From an uncultured Planctomycetaceae bacterium (GTDB lineage: Bacteria > Planctomycetota > Planctomycetia > Pirellulales > PALSA-1355): a DNA stretch of 64,000 bases. The position numbers were made by a program, and so were the translations under genes. The notes under the pieces are model-generated. The model saw only the letters and a program-made list of their open reading frames with translations, had not been told where the DNA came from and searched no databases. Shown here in pieces: positions 19,366 through 31,399 of the stretch (position 1 is the stretch's first letter; every line of letters begins with the position of its first letter). Location: NCBI GenBank assembly GCA_963785305.1, contig CAWAUV010000002.1:192001-256000 (forward strand). The letters are read 5' to 3'.

Positions 19366-20517
19366 TTATTTTTCGGGATTGCCCGCGCAATCCGTGGGTG
19401 GCAATCTTTGCACGGTAGTTTCGGCGACATCCTGGCGCCGCACGATTCCGACTGCCGCGCGTCGGACATAGTTGAGCGGGTCGGCGCTGCCCGAACTCGC
19501 GCCGACGAGCGGCGGTCCGTCGGGTCGCAACGCCATGGTCGGCGCTCCCGGTACTCGAGCCGGACTCGGCGATGGGGCGCGAGTGGCCGTCGAGACGGTC
19601 TGGACCGCGCCGCCGCCTTTGCGCGACGACGTCGGTCGCGCCGGATCGGGTAGCGCCGGCAACGCTTGCGGATTCGCTGCGGGAATCGGCAGCGCCGGTA
19701 TTGGCTGCTCAAAGCCCGGCCCCGAATCCGACGGACCGAGCGGACCCACGGGCATGGCTGGCGTGGGCGTTAATATTCGCGAGGCGGGCTGCGACGGCGC
19801 GACTGGCGTCAGCAACGACGGGTTAACCGCCGATGGAGGCCCGGCCGCATCGCGTGGAGCAAGGGTTCCCGAAGGCGGCAAGGGCGCTTCGGACAGCGTC
19901 GGCGACGACGGAGCATTGGCGGCCGACGGCGGCAGCGCGGAGCTTGGCGTGAGCATGGTCGGCGGCAGCGCGGTGGACATCGCGCCGGGCAACGCGTCCG
20001 GCGCCACCGAGTCTGGCGACTGTTCGGCCGGCGCGGGCACAACCTCTTCCGAAGGCGTCATTCCCGGGGATAGCTCGCCCGGAGGCATCGGCATTTGCGC
20101 GGCCGGTTCCGTCGTCTCGACCGGAGGTTGCTCGGGACCGCCAGCGCCGCCAAAGGCCGGCAATGTGGCTCGGTAGCCGAAGCCATCGCGCTCGGCGGCG
20201 ATGGCGCCTTCTTGGAAGCCTTGATACCAAGCGTTGATCGCGGCCGCCCCCTCGGGGTTTTGCGTATGGGCCGACCAGTAGCATTTGGGGGGAACCGCCG
20301 GGGGGCGAGCGCAACGGCCGAGGCTCACCTCATAGTATCCTTGCCGCCATCCGCGGCGAAAGTCGCTGTATGAGCCGACCGCGTGCTTATCGTATTTCGT
20401 CCCGTACCAAGCCCAATTCGCGCGGCATTCGTTCGTAACGCCATAATGCCAGTCCTGGAATGCCGCGCATCCAGTCTGAACGAGTGTGATTGCCAACCAA
20501 AGCGTGAGCCAACGCAT
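19366..20517 (-). CDS. Hypothetical lipoprotein with Pro-rich tail
   Basis: QTGC lipobox; aromatic domain DFRRGWRQGY...PPAVPPKCYW...AWYQGFQEG, then a long Pro/Ser/Ala-rich region. Confidence 0.75.
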   Translation of the reverse strand: MRWLTLWLAITLVQTGCAAFQDWHYGVTNECRANWAWYGTKYDKHAVGSYSDFRRGWRQGYYEVSLGRCARPPAVPPKCYWSAHTQNPEGAAAINAWYQGFQEGAIAAERDGFGYRATLPAFGGAGGPEQPPVETTEPAAQMPMPPGELSPGMTPSEEVVPAPAEQSPDSVAPDALPGAMSTALPPTMLTPSSALPPSAANAPSSPTLSEAPLPPSGTLAPRDAAGPPSAVNPSLLTPVAPSQPASRILTPTPAMPVGPLGPSDSGPGFEQPIPALPIPAANPQALPALPDPARPTSSRKGGGAVQTVSTATRAPSPSPARVPGAPTMALRPDGPPLVGASSGSADPLNYVRRAAVGIVRRQDVAETTVQRLPPTDCAGNPEK

Positions 20518-20863
20518 GCGCGATCCTTGCGCTAGAACACAATCCGTAACCGTCGAAGTTTCACATCGGCGGGAGAGTCAGTCGCGGGAAAACATCGCTC
20601 GCGAGACCTCCCGTCTTGCGAGGACATTTTCCCCTGTTGGCGTTCTATCGTCGGACCGCAAACGACAATTGAGCGGCGGAGATGGTATTTTCCTCGCCCG
20701 CCGGGAGTTCGACGGACCTCACATCGGCATGGCCCTCACAATCCGATCGACACACGCGGTGCGCGAGCAATTCGCTACAGCGACGCCGGCTAAATGAGAA
20801 CTGGGCAACGCCGGAGCAGGCTCGGCACGATCGAGTTGGCGCATGTCGCTTCGAGGCCACAAG

Positions 20864-22271
20864 TCAGTTCGCCGAAGGCCGCATCGCGCGCGACCAAATC
20901 GTGGGCTTTTCCGCGAAATGCGGCAAAGTTCCCGCCTCGCCGAGGCATCCGGCGAAGCCGAGCGAATAAAGCAAAAAAAAACCCCAATCGCTCGGCATCC
21001 ATTCGCCCGCCAGGAGCAGACTCAACGCCGTTATAGTCGCTCCAAGCGATGCGGCGAGCACTCGCGCCTCGAGCGAATCGCGACCGACCCACGTGCGCCG
21101 CAGCGCGAAAAACGCGGCCAGCAGCACCATTGCCGCGAAGCAGGCTAGCCCCATCCAGCCCAAACGGAGCAACAGGAGCAGATATTCATCGTCGATCGAC
21201 CAGACTTGCGTGAGCACGACCCGCGCATCGGCGTCGAGCGGCACCAGCGGCGGCCAAACCGCGAGTCGCTCGCTGCCGTAGCCCCAGAGCGGCGCTTCTT
21301 GAATCGCCTTGAAGTAGGCGCGCAGGACGTAAAAACGATAGTTCGCGGAATCGGCGCGATATTTCACGCCGCTGAGCTCGATCTGCGCTTGTCGAGCGCG
21401 CGTGCCCTCGGACCAGCGGAGCCATTCGCGAATTTCGCCGGCGCCGAGGCTCAGCGCCACGACCACGATCGCCAGTCCGCCGACAAGATAGGGCCAGCGA
21501 ACCCGGTATCTCACGATGGCGAACACCGCGCTAGAAATCACGAGACATAGGAGCGGCCCACGGGATAACGTGAAAAACACGCCCAAAAAGGTCACTGCCG
21601 GCAAGACCAGCCACCAGCGTGGCCCGCGTCGCCGCCAAGCGAGATTCGCGGCCGCGAGCACGTAGGGAAACAACAGGCACTGAATCATGCCGAACCAGAT
21701 TGGATGCGTGGTCGGTCCCTCGGCGCGTTTGAGGCCGAAGCGCACGCGCCATGCTCGGAGTGCGATCGACGGGCCGTGGTCCGACGATCCAGTTCGCCGG
21801 ATTCACGCGCGAGATCGACTCCACGACCGACCAAACCGCCAGCACGATGCACACATAACACGCAATTCGAATCCAAAGGTCGTAGTTGCGCGAATTGCGA
21901 TTCACAAGCCTTCCGCACACGACCGGCACGAACCATTCGCCATAGGCATGCAAGAGAATTCCGATTCCAAAACCATCGTTGAGCGAATCGGAAAGCACTT
22001 GCACGACAATCAAGCTAATTCCGGCATAGTCAAACGCGTTGAGGCGCGTGCGCAAACGGCTTTGGGGATGAACGCAGTACACCCCTAGTCCCCAGATCGC
22101 GGCCGCGGTGCGCACATCGACCGGCAGCCCGGCGATTTCCACACGTAGCCAAGTCGGCACGAGCAGCGAAAGGAAGACGGCCCCGCCCAGCGCGATATCG
22201 GGGCCAAACCGCCAAGCGACGATTGCGATGAGCAGGCAGGAGAGAAAAACGGTTGTGAGCCACATGGGCAT
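20864..22271 (-). CDS. O-antigen ligase family (Wzy_C) membrane protein (frameshift near 21750)
   Basis: Multi-TM; RAEGPTTHPIWFG, TLSRGP, PLWGYG, SIDDEYL. Confidence 0.8.
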
Positions 22272-22363
22272 TGCACCCGTTTCAAAAAACTTTCCAGCGA
22301 ATCATGAGGCGGCCGTGGCCTCGCGCGAGACGAGCGCCGAAGTGCTTTCGCGGCCCATGCCCG

Positions 22364-23032
22364 CTAGGCAATTTCCTTGGAGCACAGAATTTGGAAGGCA
22401 TGCGACGGCCGGTGCGTCGTCAACGGTTGCGTCAAAAATGAAAGGCGTTCCCAAATCAATCTCGGACGAAACCGCGGTCGGGCTCGTTCGGAACGCAATC
22501 GATTCCACCCGTTGATACCCTGCACGCGATAGCCGCGTCCGCGCATCTCCGCCGCGGTCCAGCCCGAGCGGTGCACCTGATGGAGGTTATTATCGTATTC
22601 GCCCTGATACAGGAAACCGTTTGGCGTGAAGATCACGACTCGGCGGCGCGCAATGGCTTCCATTTGCGCGATCAACGATTCACCCTGGGGCTTTTCCAGA
22701 TGCTCGATCAAGTCGTTGGCCAAAACAATGTCGAACGACTTTTCGCCGAACTTTTCCAATATCCCCAGCACGTCACAATGGACGTAATCCGTGTGTATCC
22801 CGAGGGCGCGGCTCCGTTCGATGGCCGGGGCGTGGCCATCGACACCGACACTTTGCTCGACTGCTTGCGAGAATTGTCCGATCGGCGATGTCCAGCCGCA
22901 CCCGACATCGAGCAGGCTACCCCCATCTCGACAGAGCACTTCCAGCATGCGAACGAATTGCTTCCTGAAGCGATCAAACACGAACTCGTCGGCGCGCTTG
23001 AGGAGAGGAATAGCTCGATCTTTCATGAACAA
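22364..23032 (-). CDS. Class I SAM-dependent methyltransferase
   Basis: LLDVGCG, SFDIVLANDLIEHL, IFTPNG. Confidence 0.88.
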   Translation of the reverse strand: MFMKDRAIPLLKRADEFVFDRFRKQFVRMLEVLCRDGGSLLDVGCGWTSPIGQFSQAVEQSVGVDGHAPAIERSRALGIHTDYVHCDVLGILEKFGEKSFDIVLANDLIEHLEKPQGESLIAQMEAIARRRVVIFTPNGFLYQGEYDNNLHQVHRSGWTAAEMRGRGYRVQGINGWNRLRSERARPRFRPRLIWERLSFLTQPLTTHRPSHAFQILCSKEIA

Positions 23033-23131
23033 CCACCGTTGGTATAGAGCCGATGTTATTGCGGTTCCTAAAGTTTTACGTCGAGTCGCTCGACCGACTC
23101 GAGAATCGGAAACGGACGCGATCTCGGCGCC

Positions 23132-24112
23132 TCATTTCGAATGATTCGTGACATTTTCGATCGGCGAAGCGTTTCTGGCGTAAATGGCGGCGATAAACGC
23201 CCGCGGAACGGCCAAGAACGCTTCATATCGCCCATGCAGAAGAAATCTAAAAGCTTTCATGATGAACTCAAGCGCACACGCGGAAACAAACACCATCTTT
23301 TGATATCCGGACAAGTGTTTGCAAAACACGAGCAATCGATTCTTGAGCGTATGAAAAACATAAAACGCGGCGTGGGGGTTGCTCCAATCGTCCTGAGTGA
23401 GAAAAGCCTCTTCCTTGGAACGCATGGCCCCGTGCGCGCGATGGATGACCTCGGCTCCGGGAACATACATGATGGTCCAACCCGCGCGGGCAGCGCGGAT
23501 CGACAAGTCCACGTCTTCTTCATACATGAAGAGCCGCGGATCGAAACCCTGGAGGCGTTCGAACATTTCCCGACGGCACAACATCGCGCAACCGCTCGCG
23601 AACTCGACGGGGCTCGGCGGGTTCGTCGAATCCGCGTGATCGAGTGGTTTGAGCCACCCCGGGACGCGCATGCGCCCGCGGCTGATATTGATCGTGCCCC
23701 CGGCGTACCACTTCAGTCGCGGCAGTGCATCGAGCATGATGCGCGGCGCGGCGATCCCCGCCGACGGATTCCGTTCCAGGCAATCACGCAGCGACTCCAA
23801 GCAACCCTCTCCAAGCTGCGTGTCCGGATTCAGAAGCAAAATATATGGCGAGCGAACCGATGAAAATATCGACCTCAGCCCGAGATTGACTCCTCGACCG
23901 AAGCCAAGGTTGGTCGACGACTCGACGAGCACGACCTCGACGCCCTCGATCTTCGACCGAAGCTCCGGCAGGTCCTCGGAAGCGTTATGCACGACGACCA
24001 CATTCGCACCGGGACATTGCTTCAGAATGGATATTGCCGCCGCGGCGGTTTCATCCGCGCAGCGATAATTCACGATGACGGCCGAACACCATCCACCCGC
24101 GGCTTCTGACAT
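23132..24112 (-). CDS. Glycosyltransferase family 2
   Basis: VIVNY, NLGFGRGVNLG, LLNPD, SGCAML, GFDPRLFMYEEDVDL. Confidence 0.9.
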   Translation of the reverse strand: MSEAAGGWCSAVIVNYRCADETAAAAISILKQCPGANVVVVHNASEDLPELRSKIEGVEVVLVESSTNLGFGRGVNLGLRSIFSSVRSPYILLLNPDTQLGEGCLESLRDCLERNPSAGIAAPRIMLDALPRLKWYAGGTINISRGRMRVPGWLKPLDHADSTNPPSPVEFASGCAMLCRREMFERLQGFDPRLFMYEEDVDLSIRAARAGWTIMYVPGAEVIHRAHGAMRSKEEAFLTQDDWSNPHAAFYVFHTLKNRLLVFCKHLSGYQKMVFVSACALEFIMKAFRFLLHGRYEAFLAVPRAFIAAIYARNASPIENVTNHSK

Positions 24113-24439
24113 GTCGTGCTTTCTTCCTTCCCGCGAATCAGTAATCGGGCGCCTTAGTCCGGAATTCCGGTATCTCCACGACCGACGACTCGAATCACGG
24201 CAATCGAGCTCGGTTCCCAAAGCATCTAGCAGTCGGTTGAATATTTCAACGGGCTGCCATCCTAACCACTTGGCGAAACGTTCCCTTGTGGCATTCTTCA
24301 ACCTCTTCAAAGCAAATCTCGCCGCGGCCCGCGAAATAGTGACGTCGGTCGTTATTTCGGCGCCGCACCCACGGCGCCTTGGCGGCTTGTCGAACCTTTC
24401 AGGAAGCCGCTGGATTCGCCGACTCGGATAATCACAGAC

Positions 24440-25735
24440 TCACGCTCGCGATGAGCCGCCGAGGGGATTATCGATATACGACGCCGCGAAAAACGCCATC
24501 CACAGCACTCCAAGCAGAAACGGGTCAAGGAGAATCTCAAAAAGGTTTCCGTAGATCGAAAGAATAAAATAACCTAGCACGTATCCGTAAGTGACGAGCC
24601 ATCGGGTATTTTCAAATGACTTGTAGTACAGATAACGCAAACCGAGACCGATCGAAAACATGCCGCCCACGACGCCCAAATACCAAAAATCGATAAAGAG
24701 GGTGCCGAGTGTCGTGCTTGCGAGTCCCTGACCGCCGCTCATTCCGCCATATTCGCCCAGCATTTCCTTGAGCAATACTCCCGCGGCGGGCTGATATCCG
24801 GGCATCAGAGAGTAGATCGCGTTGAACATCTGCATTCCCAGACGGCTTTTCGTGACATCGAAATGCTCGAGGATGCGCTCGAGCACGATGATTCCGTTCG
24901 CGCAATTAAATAACATCGGTCCGCAGAAACCCAACCAGGGCGGCAACCGAAGCAGATCGTTGACCGCGCTGACATCATAACTGGGATTACTCACCCAGCG
25001 CCACCACGCGAATAACCCCAGAAAACAGAACGCCGCCAATCCGATATAAATGATCCGCTTGGGGCTCAAATTCCATTTAATGCGGCTAATCGTGAACAAC
25101 GTCAGCGTCGCGGGCGCGAACATCGCCCCGCGGCTGCCGGTGAGCGCCACGCTACCGACGCACAAAAAGATCGCGATATATCCAATGCGCCGCTGAATTC
25201 GCCCGAGCCCGGGTCGCAGAACCGCGAGAAGGAGACAAATATAAGCGGGCACCGTCAATCGTCCTAGATAGACGATGAAGCCATTATTATCTTCCCAGTA
25301 TGCGCCGCGCGCTTCGTCGATATTCGCGCTAAGCATCAGCAGGCCGACATCGCGAAAATCCCACAATACGAAAGGCGCCGCGGCAAGCGCCAGCAAGATG
25401 CCGACGATGAAAAGCGACCGCGAGGAATTGCCGGGGTAAGTCGTGGTCATCGTCGCCAACTGCTCTCGCGAGGAAAGAGCGAGCGAGTTCGCCGATCGCG
25501 GGCATACCGCATCGCCGATCGCGAAGGCCAGCAGTCCGACAATGAGAACCAAGTAGACTTGTCCGGACGGGCTCTGGTCCTTGACGAGCACGTACGCGTA
25601 GACGCCCACCGTGAAATAAACCGTGTAGGCGTATAAATACAAAGCGCGGGAATTGAAACCGTCTTTCGAGCGCGAATACGCCCATGTCGCGACGCTTACG
25701 ACCAGGGTCATGGCAATGACGGCAACGCTTAACAT
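24440..25735 (-). CDS. wzy: Oligosaccharide repeat-unit polymerase (Wzy-like)
   Basis: 431 aa with many TM segments; LTGSRG and STTLGTLFIDFWYLG; lies within a wzx cluster. Confidence 0.7.
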   Translation of the reverse strand: MLSVAVIAMTLVVSVATWAYSRSKDGFNSRALYLYAYTVYFTVGVYAYVLVKDQSPSGQVYLVLIVGLLAFAIGDAVCPRSANSLALSSREQLATMTTTYPGNSSRSLFIVGILLALAAAPFVLWDFRDVGLLMLSANIDEARGAYWEDNNGFIVYLGRLTVPAYICLLLAVLRPGLGRIQRRIGYIAIFLCVGSVALTGSRGAMFAPATLTLFTISRIKWNLSPKRIIYIGLAAFCFLGLFAWWRWVSNPSYDVSAVNDLLRLPPWLGFCGPMLFNCANGIIVLERILEHFDVTKSRLGMQMFNAIYSLMPGYQPAAGVLLKEMLGEYGGMSGGQGLASTTLGTLFIDFWYLGVVGGMFSIGLGLRYLYYKSFENTRWLVTYGYVLGYFILSIYGNLFEILLDPFLLGVLWMAFFAASYIDNPLGGSSRA

Positions 25736-25872
25736 AATCGTGGAGCAGTCAAGGGGCGATTTGGCACTCGTGGCCGGCGTAAGTCGCCTGGCGGCGGGAG
25801 TCGGTAAAATTCCGGAAATCGGGCAGGCTTGTTGTCCACGCGATGTACACGCGACGAAAACAAGCGAGGCGC

Positions 25873-26553
25873 TTATTGAAACGGCTGGGAGAACGCTGGC
25901 TTATACGTGAGTAGTCGTGATCGATTACGGATAAAGCGAGCGGGCGTGCCGCCGACCAATGTATATGGCTCCACATCCTTGGTGACGACCGCGCCAGCGG
26001 CGACCGCGGCGCCTTTTCCGATCCGGACATTCGGGAGAATGATGGCGCGAGGCCCTATATAAACGTAATCCTCGATGACCACCGGCCCACCGCGAACGCC
26101 GAAATCCGGAGCGTCCATGTCGTGTTGGAGAGTAAATATCATAGCTTCGGATGACGTTACGACGCAATTACCTATCGTGAGCCCGCTCCGTCCGTCGAAG
26201 AAATTGTCGTTGCCGATGACGCAGTTGTCGCCGACCACGATCCGCCATGGCGCATAAAATCGGGCTCGCCAATGTATGGAACTCTTTCGCCCAAGTTTTA
26301 TGCGCAAAACATGGCGATACATCGCGCGACGAAAATGATGCGATGGCACATAGCCGACCAACGTCGCCAACAACAGCGAAAAGCCTTCCGCGAGATTCGC
26401 CATGTAAGAGATTCTTCGCCGCAGCCAAACTGGCAGGCGGTCGAATGAGCCCGCGAGCGCGGGCGGCAATCTACGATGGACTGTCGCTCGCGGAAGAACG
26501 CCGCCTTGAGCGGCATTCGCCGTATCATGTAGTTCCATTGCCGTCGGTCCCAT
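25873..26553 (-). CDS. Hexapeptide-repeat O-acyltransferase
   Basis: [37 protein letters not shown]...GGTPARFI. Confidence 0.9.
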   Translation of the reverse strand: MGPTAMELHDTANAAQGGVLPRATVHRRLPPALAGSFDRLPVWLRRRISYMANLAEGFSLLLATLVGYVPSHHFRRAMYRHVLRIKLGRKSSIHWRARFYAPWRIVVGDNCVIGNDNFFDGRSGLTIGNCVVTSSEAMIFTLQHDMDAPDFGVRGGPVVIEDYVYIGPRAIILPNVRIGKGAAVAAGAVVTKDVEPYTLVGGTPARFIRNRSRLLTYKPAFSQPFQ

Positions 26554-27945
26554 GAAAGCATAGGTGTTGCGGGGTTAACTTGCTCGTTCCGGAGGCCGCG
26601 GTGAGCGACAAACCGTCTTCTTGCTCGCCGCTGGGGACGGCCTCGACCCGGCCGGTCGAGGCCCCGGACCGCTCGATCGGGCTCGAGGGGATTTTGAAAA
26701 CGCCGTACCGCGCCAGTGATACGAACAGCGCGACGCCCATCAAACATTCCGTGGTCAAGACCGCGCTCGCGGTCCCCTGGGCGCCGCCCCATGCGCTGAA
26801 TGTGGTTAATAGAACGATGTGCAGCGCGGAGCCTAAAAAGATAATCGAGGTAAAACGCCGCGTGTAACCGAGGCGCAAAGGGCTTGGGTTCCCAGTAGAT
26901 TATTAAGCGTAAAAACACAGGGCCACCAAGCTAGGATCGAGAACACTTGAATCGACCCGTCCGCCGAACCGCGAGAAATGCATTTGATGATCGGCGAGGC
27001 CGCCATGTAGAGCACGAGAGACCCCACAAACGACGCGCTCGCCACCACCCACAGCAGGTTGCGAATAAGCGCCACGGCCTGCTCGCGCGAGCGCGCGGCC
27101 GCCTCGCAGATGCGAGGGTACACCACTTTTGACATGGGCAACGTGCATAGCTGGATCACGGCCAGTGCGATCTTTTCCGCGAAACTGTAATATCCGACGA
27201 CTCGATCATCGCACAGCAAGCCCAGGATGAAGGTGTTCGCCGTGATGAATACCGACGTGGAGATCGTCGAAAGAAACAATTCGAACCCCTGCCGCAGGCC
27301 GGCCAAAACAGCGCGAGGATCCGGCATGGCGCCCATGACGCGAGTGAGCATGAACATCAGGCCGAGCGACGCCAATGCGCCACATAGGGTGCTACCCCAC
27401 TGAAGCAGCCCGGCGGTGGCAATGTCCTTGTCGGTCTTGACGAAATAGAGCATCGCGAACATCATCGCGATTCGCGAAATGCCTTGGATGCAATTCACAT
27501 AACGAACGAGTCGCATTCCCTCGAAAAACCAGACGGGCAAAATTCCCGTTCCCAACACCTGCAGCGAAGCCAACATGTAGATGTGGCGATGTTCGCGGAA
27601 CGACGGGATGCCCATCACCAGCGCGGTCATCAATGCCAAGCTGACGCTCAATGTAATCAGTCGAACGCCCAAGGTCGTCCGAATGATCTTCGAAAGTCGT
27701 CGAGGTTCATGCCGGTTCAAGGCGACCTCTCGAGTCGCCGTGAGGCCATGGCCATAATCAGCCAACGTCCCGAAAAACATCGCGAACGCTTGAGCAAACG
27801 CCAACTCGCCAAAGCCGCTCGGTCCAAGTCGGGTCATCAGCAGCGGCGCTGTGACCAAGGGGACGAGATAGTTCATCCCTTGCAGAATCACCAGCGAGCT
27901 GAAGTCGATGGCGATGTTTTGGAACCGTTTTAACAATCTGATCAT
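26525..27945 (-). CDS. wzx: Oligosaccharide flippase (frameshift near 26880)
   Basis: [22 protein letters not shown]...[23 protein letters not shown]; about 12 TM segments. Confidence 0.88.
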
Positions 27946-27998
27946 GGTTCGACGACCGGTTGCGGCGCGCCCTAACGGGAGCGAGGGAATCCGAGTAT

Positions 27999-29194
27999 TC
28001 ATAACGTGGCGTAAACACCGGCCAACTCTTGGCCAATAAGAGACCAATCGTGCGTTCTCGCGGTTTCCAAAGCCTTCTTCGCCGCCGAGCCACGGGCGTC
28101 GGGATCTCCCAGCGCCTCGATCAAGACGTTCGATAACGAATCCGGATTCCCGGATCGGAACAAGAAACCATTGTCGCCGTGCGTGATGAGTTCGGACATT
28201 CCGGGGATATCCGAGGCAATGATCGGTAGCCCCCAGCTCATCGCCATCAGCAGAACACCGCTCTGATAAACCTTCCGATAGGGCAGCAGAACGATATCCG
28301 TCGCGCTGTGGTATAGACTCGCTTCGTCATCGGGAATGTACCGAATGTCCGCCCTCACGCGCGATGCGATGTCGAGACGTTCGATGCTCGCCTGATAGCG
28401 CGCGAAGTCGTCCTTCCAGGGTTTGCCCGCGATAACGAGATAAAACTCCGGAAATTTCGCCACGACCTTTGGCAGGGCCTCGAGCAATATGTCGAGGCCC
28501 TTGGCTGTCTTGATTTGCCCAAACATCAAACCCACGATCGCATTGGGCGGTAGATCGAGTTTTCGCCGAGCCGTGGCCATATCCACGCGGCCGTGTATCG
28601 AGTCGATATAATTTCCGTGCCGGATTCTGGAGACCTTGCATTCGGGCACGCCGACAATGTCGATCAATTCGTTGAAACTCACCATATTATGCGCAACGAT
28701 GGCGTCGCTCGCGTTTAGAATGCGGCGCTGTAGTCCCCCGCGACTATCGCCGCAAAGGCTCTCCACGTCGTGGATCGTCGCCACCACTCGCAGGCCAAGC
28801 AGTTTGGCCAGTCTCACGCAAAGATATTCTAGCGCGGTCGCATGAAAAAAATGAAAATGAACGCACTTCGCGCGATTGACTTTCGCCGAAATCAGGCTGA
28901 TTAAAAGCCCTCGCACGAAGAACCCCGCCCGTAGAATTTTCGGCGCATTGCCAAACGCGCCCGGAATGCCGGCACGACCTTGAATGGGCATCGAAGCGCG
29001 GCGCTGCCATGATCCGAGGTAAACAACATCGGTTCGTAGTCCGCGGTCATTAATCCCAGGCAAAGCCCCTGATTGTAGAGGTGCATGCCCCCACGAGCGC
29101 CGACGGGCTCGATCACGACGACACGCGGAGGCCGGCTCCGCGACGTTTCGCGATGGGCGGGCGAGCCGCTCGATTCGTCGTCGGGCAACGTCAT
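27999..29194 (-). CDS. Glycosyltransferase family 4 (frameshift near 28960)
   Basis: GGMHLYN, FGQIKTAKGLDIL, LPYRKVYQSGVL, SDIPGMSE. Confidence 0.88.
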
Positions 29195-29237
29195 GGGGAT
29201 GCCGCCCGGTTCGTGTTGGCGGCGGATCGCGGATGCG

Positions 29238-30553
29238 TCAGGCAACGGGTTCATCATTGCTCCGGGCCTTTAGGGCCCTGGCCTCCGGCCGCGATTGAGC
29301 CACGTTGGTCGACGATTCCGCCAAGAGCAGCTCATATTGTTCGAGTATTTGTTCCCATTTGAAGATTCCTTGATGTCGATGAAGCGCGGCCCGGCGCATG
29401 CGCGGCAGTTCAGGATTTTCCGCAAGCAACAGCGAATCAAGTTCTCCAAGGCAACTCGCCTCATCCATGAAATAAGAAGCCGCGTCGTCGACGACCCAGC
29501 GATTGAAGCGGTTGTCGTGCGCCAGGACCGCGCAGCCCGCTCCCAGGGCTTCGACCAGCGAGGGGTTCGTTCCGCCGACGGTGTGGCCGTGGATATAAAG
29601 CCGCGCGTGGAACCGAAGCGCCTCGACGATCGCGGTGTCGTAGATCGCGCCGGGAAACAGCACTTCGTCGCTCGCCGCGTCGAGCACCTCGCGGTGATAC
29701 TCGCACTTCGTCGGATCGTATTTCCCCAGCACCACCAGCTTGATTCCGCGGCGCCGCGCGAAAACGCCCGCACGATTTCAAGAATCGAATTCTCCGGCTC
29801 CGGCCGGGCGATCACCAGCGCATACGACCTCGGTTCGAGCCCCAGCGGAGCCAGCAAGCAGGGGTCGGCATCGCGCACTTCGGGAGCGCCGTAGGGAATC
29901 ATCGTGATCTTCTCGGTAGAGACGCGCGTGGCGAGATGCGCCTTGATCTCTGGATGATCGGCGATCAAATGCTCGCCCAACACGCAGCCGAGCCGTTCGT
30001 TTGCATAAAGCCAAGCCCGCTCATGCCAGCGCCATTTTTGTCGCTGCCACTCGAGGCCATCCATGTTGAACACATTGGGCACGCCTAAGAGGCGATAGAG
30101 CGTTGCAAACGCGGCGGTGTTGTAGCCGAGCGTCAAGACCAGCGACCCGCGCCGAGCGGCGTGCAATGTCGATTTCCAATCGAAAAGAATCGTGCCCAGG
30201 GCGCCGCCACGCGAAACCGGGATCATCACTCGCCGCACGCCGCGCCAGGTGTCTTCGCTGATTTCGTCGGGACCATCGGCCGCACATTCGGTCTGGCAGT
30301 ACACGGTCACATTCCAACCGCGCTCGACCAAAAACAATGCGAGCCTCTCGGCGAATGTCTCGAAGCCGCCATGTCGAGCCGGCACGCCGCGGGTTCCGAG
30401 AATCGATAAGGCCGGCGCCGATGGATCGCCCGAGGGCGACGATGGGCCACGCATGCGTCGCGAGCGTCGCGGCGCCGCGAGCGCGCCACCGGGGGCATGC
30501 ATGCGATGCGCGCGATCGATCGCCGGTTCGATTCGCGGCGGTTGCGGCGACAT
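29238..30553 (-). CDS. GT4 glycosyltransferase with DUF1972 N-domain (WchF-like rhamnosyltransferase; frameshift near 29745)
   Basis: ILGTRGVPARHGGFETFAE, NMDGLEW.R.KW, ARPEPEN, HGHTVGGTNPSLVEA. Start uncertain. Confidence 0.88.
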
Positions 30554-30766
30554 GCTCGTCGCGGTCGCGGCGGCTCGGGCCGATCCGTTCGATGTTCGCA
30601 TTTTCCAGACATTCCACCCAAGCATCGGCAAGCATCCTATTAGCGGTCGATTACGATGTTCCGCGTTGTCATGGCCTCAATGGCATGGACTTTTCGCCGT
30701 CGAACCACGTCGCGGGAATGGCTCCTCGCACGCAGTTCAACGAGGCCGTTCATCTTGGCCTGTCGT

Positions 30767-31345
30767 TCAACTGGGCGGCGAGCAAACCGGCTCGCGTCCC
30801 CGGGCAGTGAACAGCGCGGCGAGCGATTCGCCGCTCGCGTCTTTGAGCGAGAGCAGCGGCTCGCTTATCGGCCAAGCCACGCCCACCTCGGGATCGTTCC
30901 ATTGCAGCGTGCGTTCATATTGGGGCGCGTAGTAGTCGGTGCATTTGTAGACCAACTCGGTGTCGTCCTCGAGCGAGCAGAAACCATGGGCCAAGCCGGG
31001 TGGCACATAGAGCTGCCGCTTATTGTCGTCGCTGAGCGCCACCCCGACCCATGAGCCAAAGGTCGGCGAGCCCGGACGCAGATCGACCGCCACATCGAAT
31101 ACTTCGCCGCGCACCACGCGCACCAGCTTGCCTTGCGGCTGCTTCCACTGAAAATGCAAGCCACGCAAAGTGCCGCGGCGGCTGCGCGAATGGTTGTCTT
31201 GCACGAATTCATGAGGCAACCCGGCGGCCTGGAACTCCGCGCGGTGGTAGGTTTCCATGAAGAAGCCGCGCGCGTCGCCGAAGACCGCCGGCTCGACGAT
31301 CAGCACGCCTTCGATCGACGTTTGTCGGATGTTGAATTTGCCCAT
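30767..31345 (-). CDS. rfbC: dTDP-4-dehydrorhamnose 3,5-epimerase
   Basis: DARGFF, FVQDNHSRS, LRGLHFQ, PPGLAHGF, YKCT. Confidence 0.96.
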   Translation of the reverse strand: MGKFNIRQTSIEGVLIVEPAVFGDARGFFMETYHRAEFQAAGLPHEFVQDNHSRSRRGTLRGLHFQWKQPQGKLVRVVRGEVFDVAVDLRPGSPTFGSWVGVALSDDNKRQLYVPPGLAHGFCSLEDDTELVYKCTDYYAPQYERTLQWNDPEVGVAWPISEPLLSLKDASGESLAALFTARGREPVCSPPS

Positions 31346-31399
31346 GCCCTGTTTCGCTCCCCGGCCGTTTCTCGGTTCCTCGGCGTCTCGGCAGCGCCG

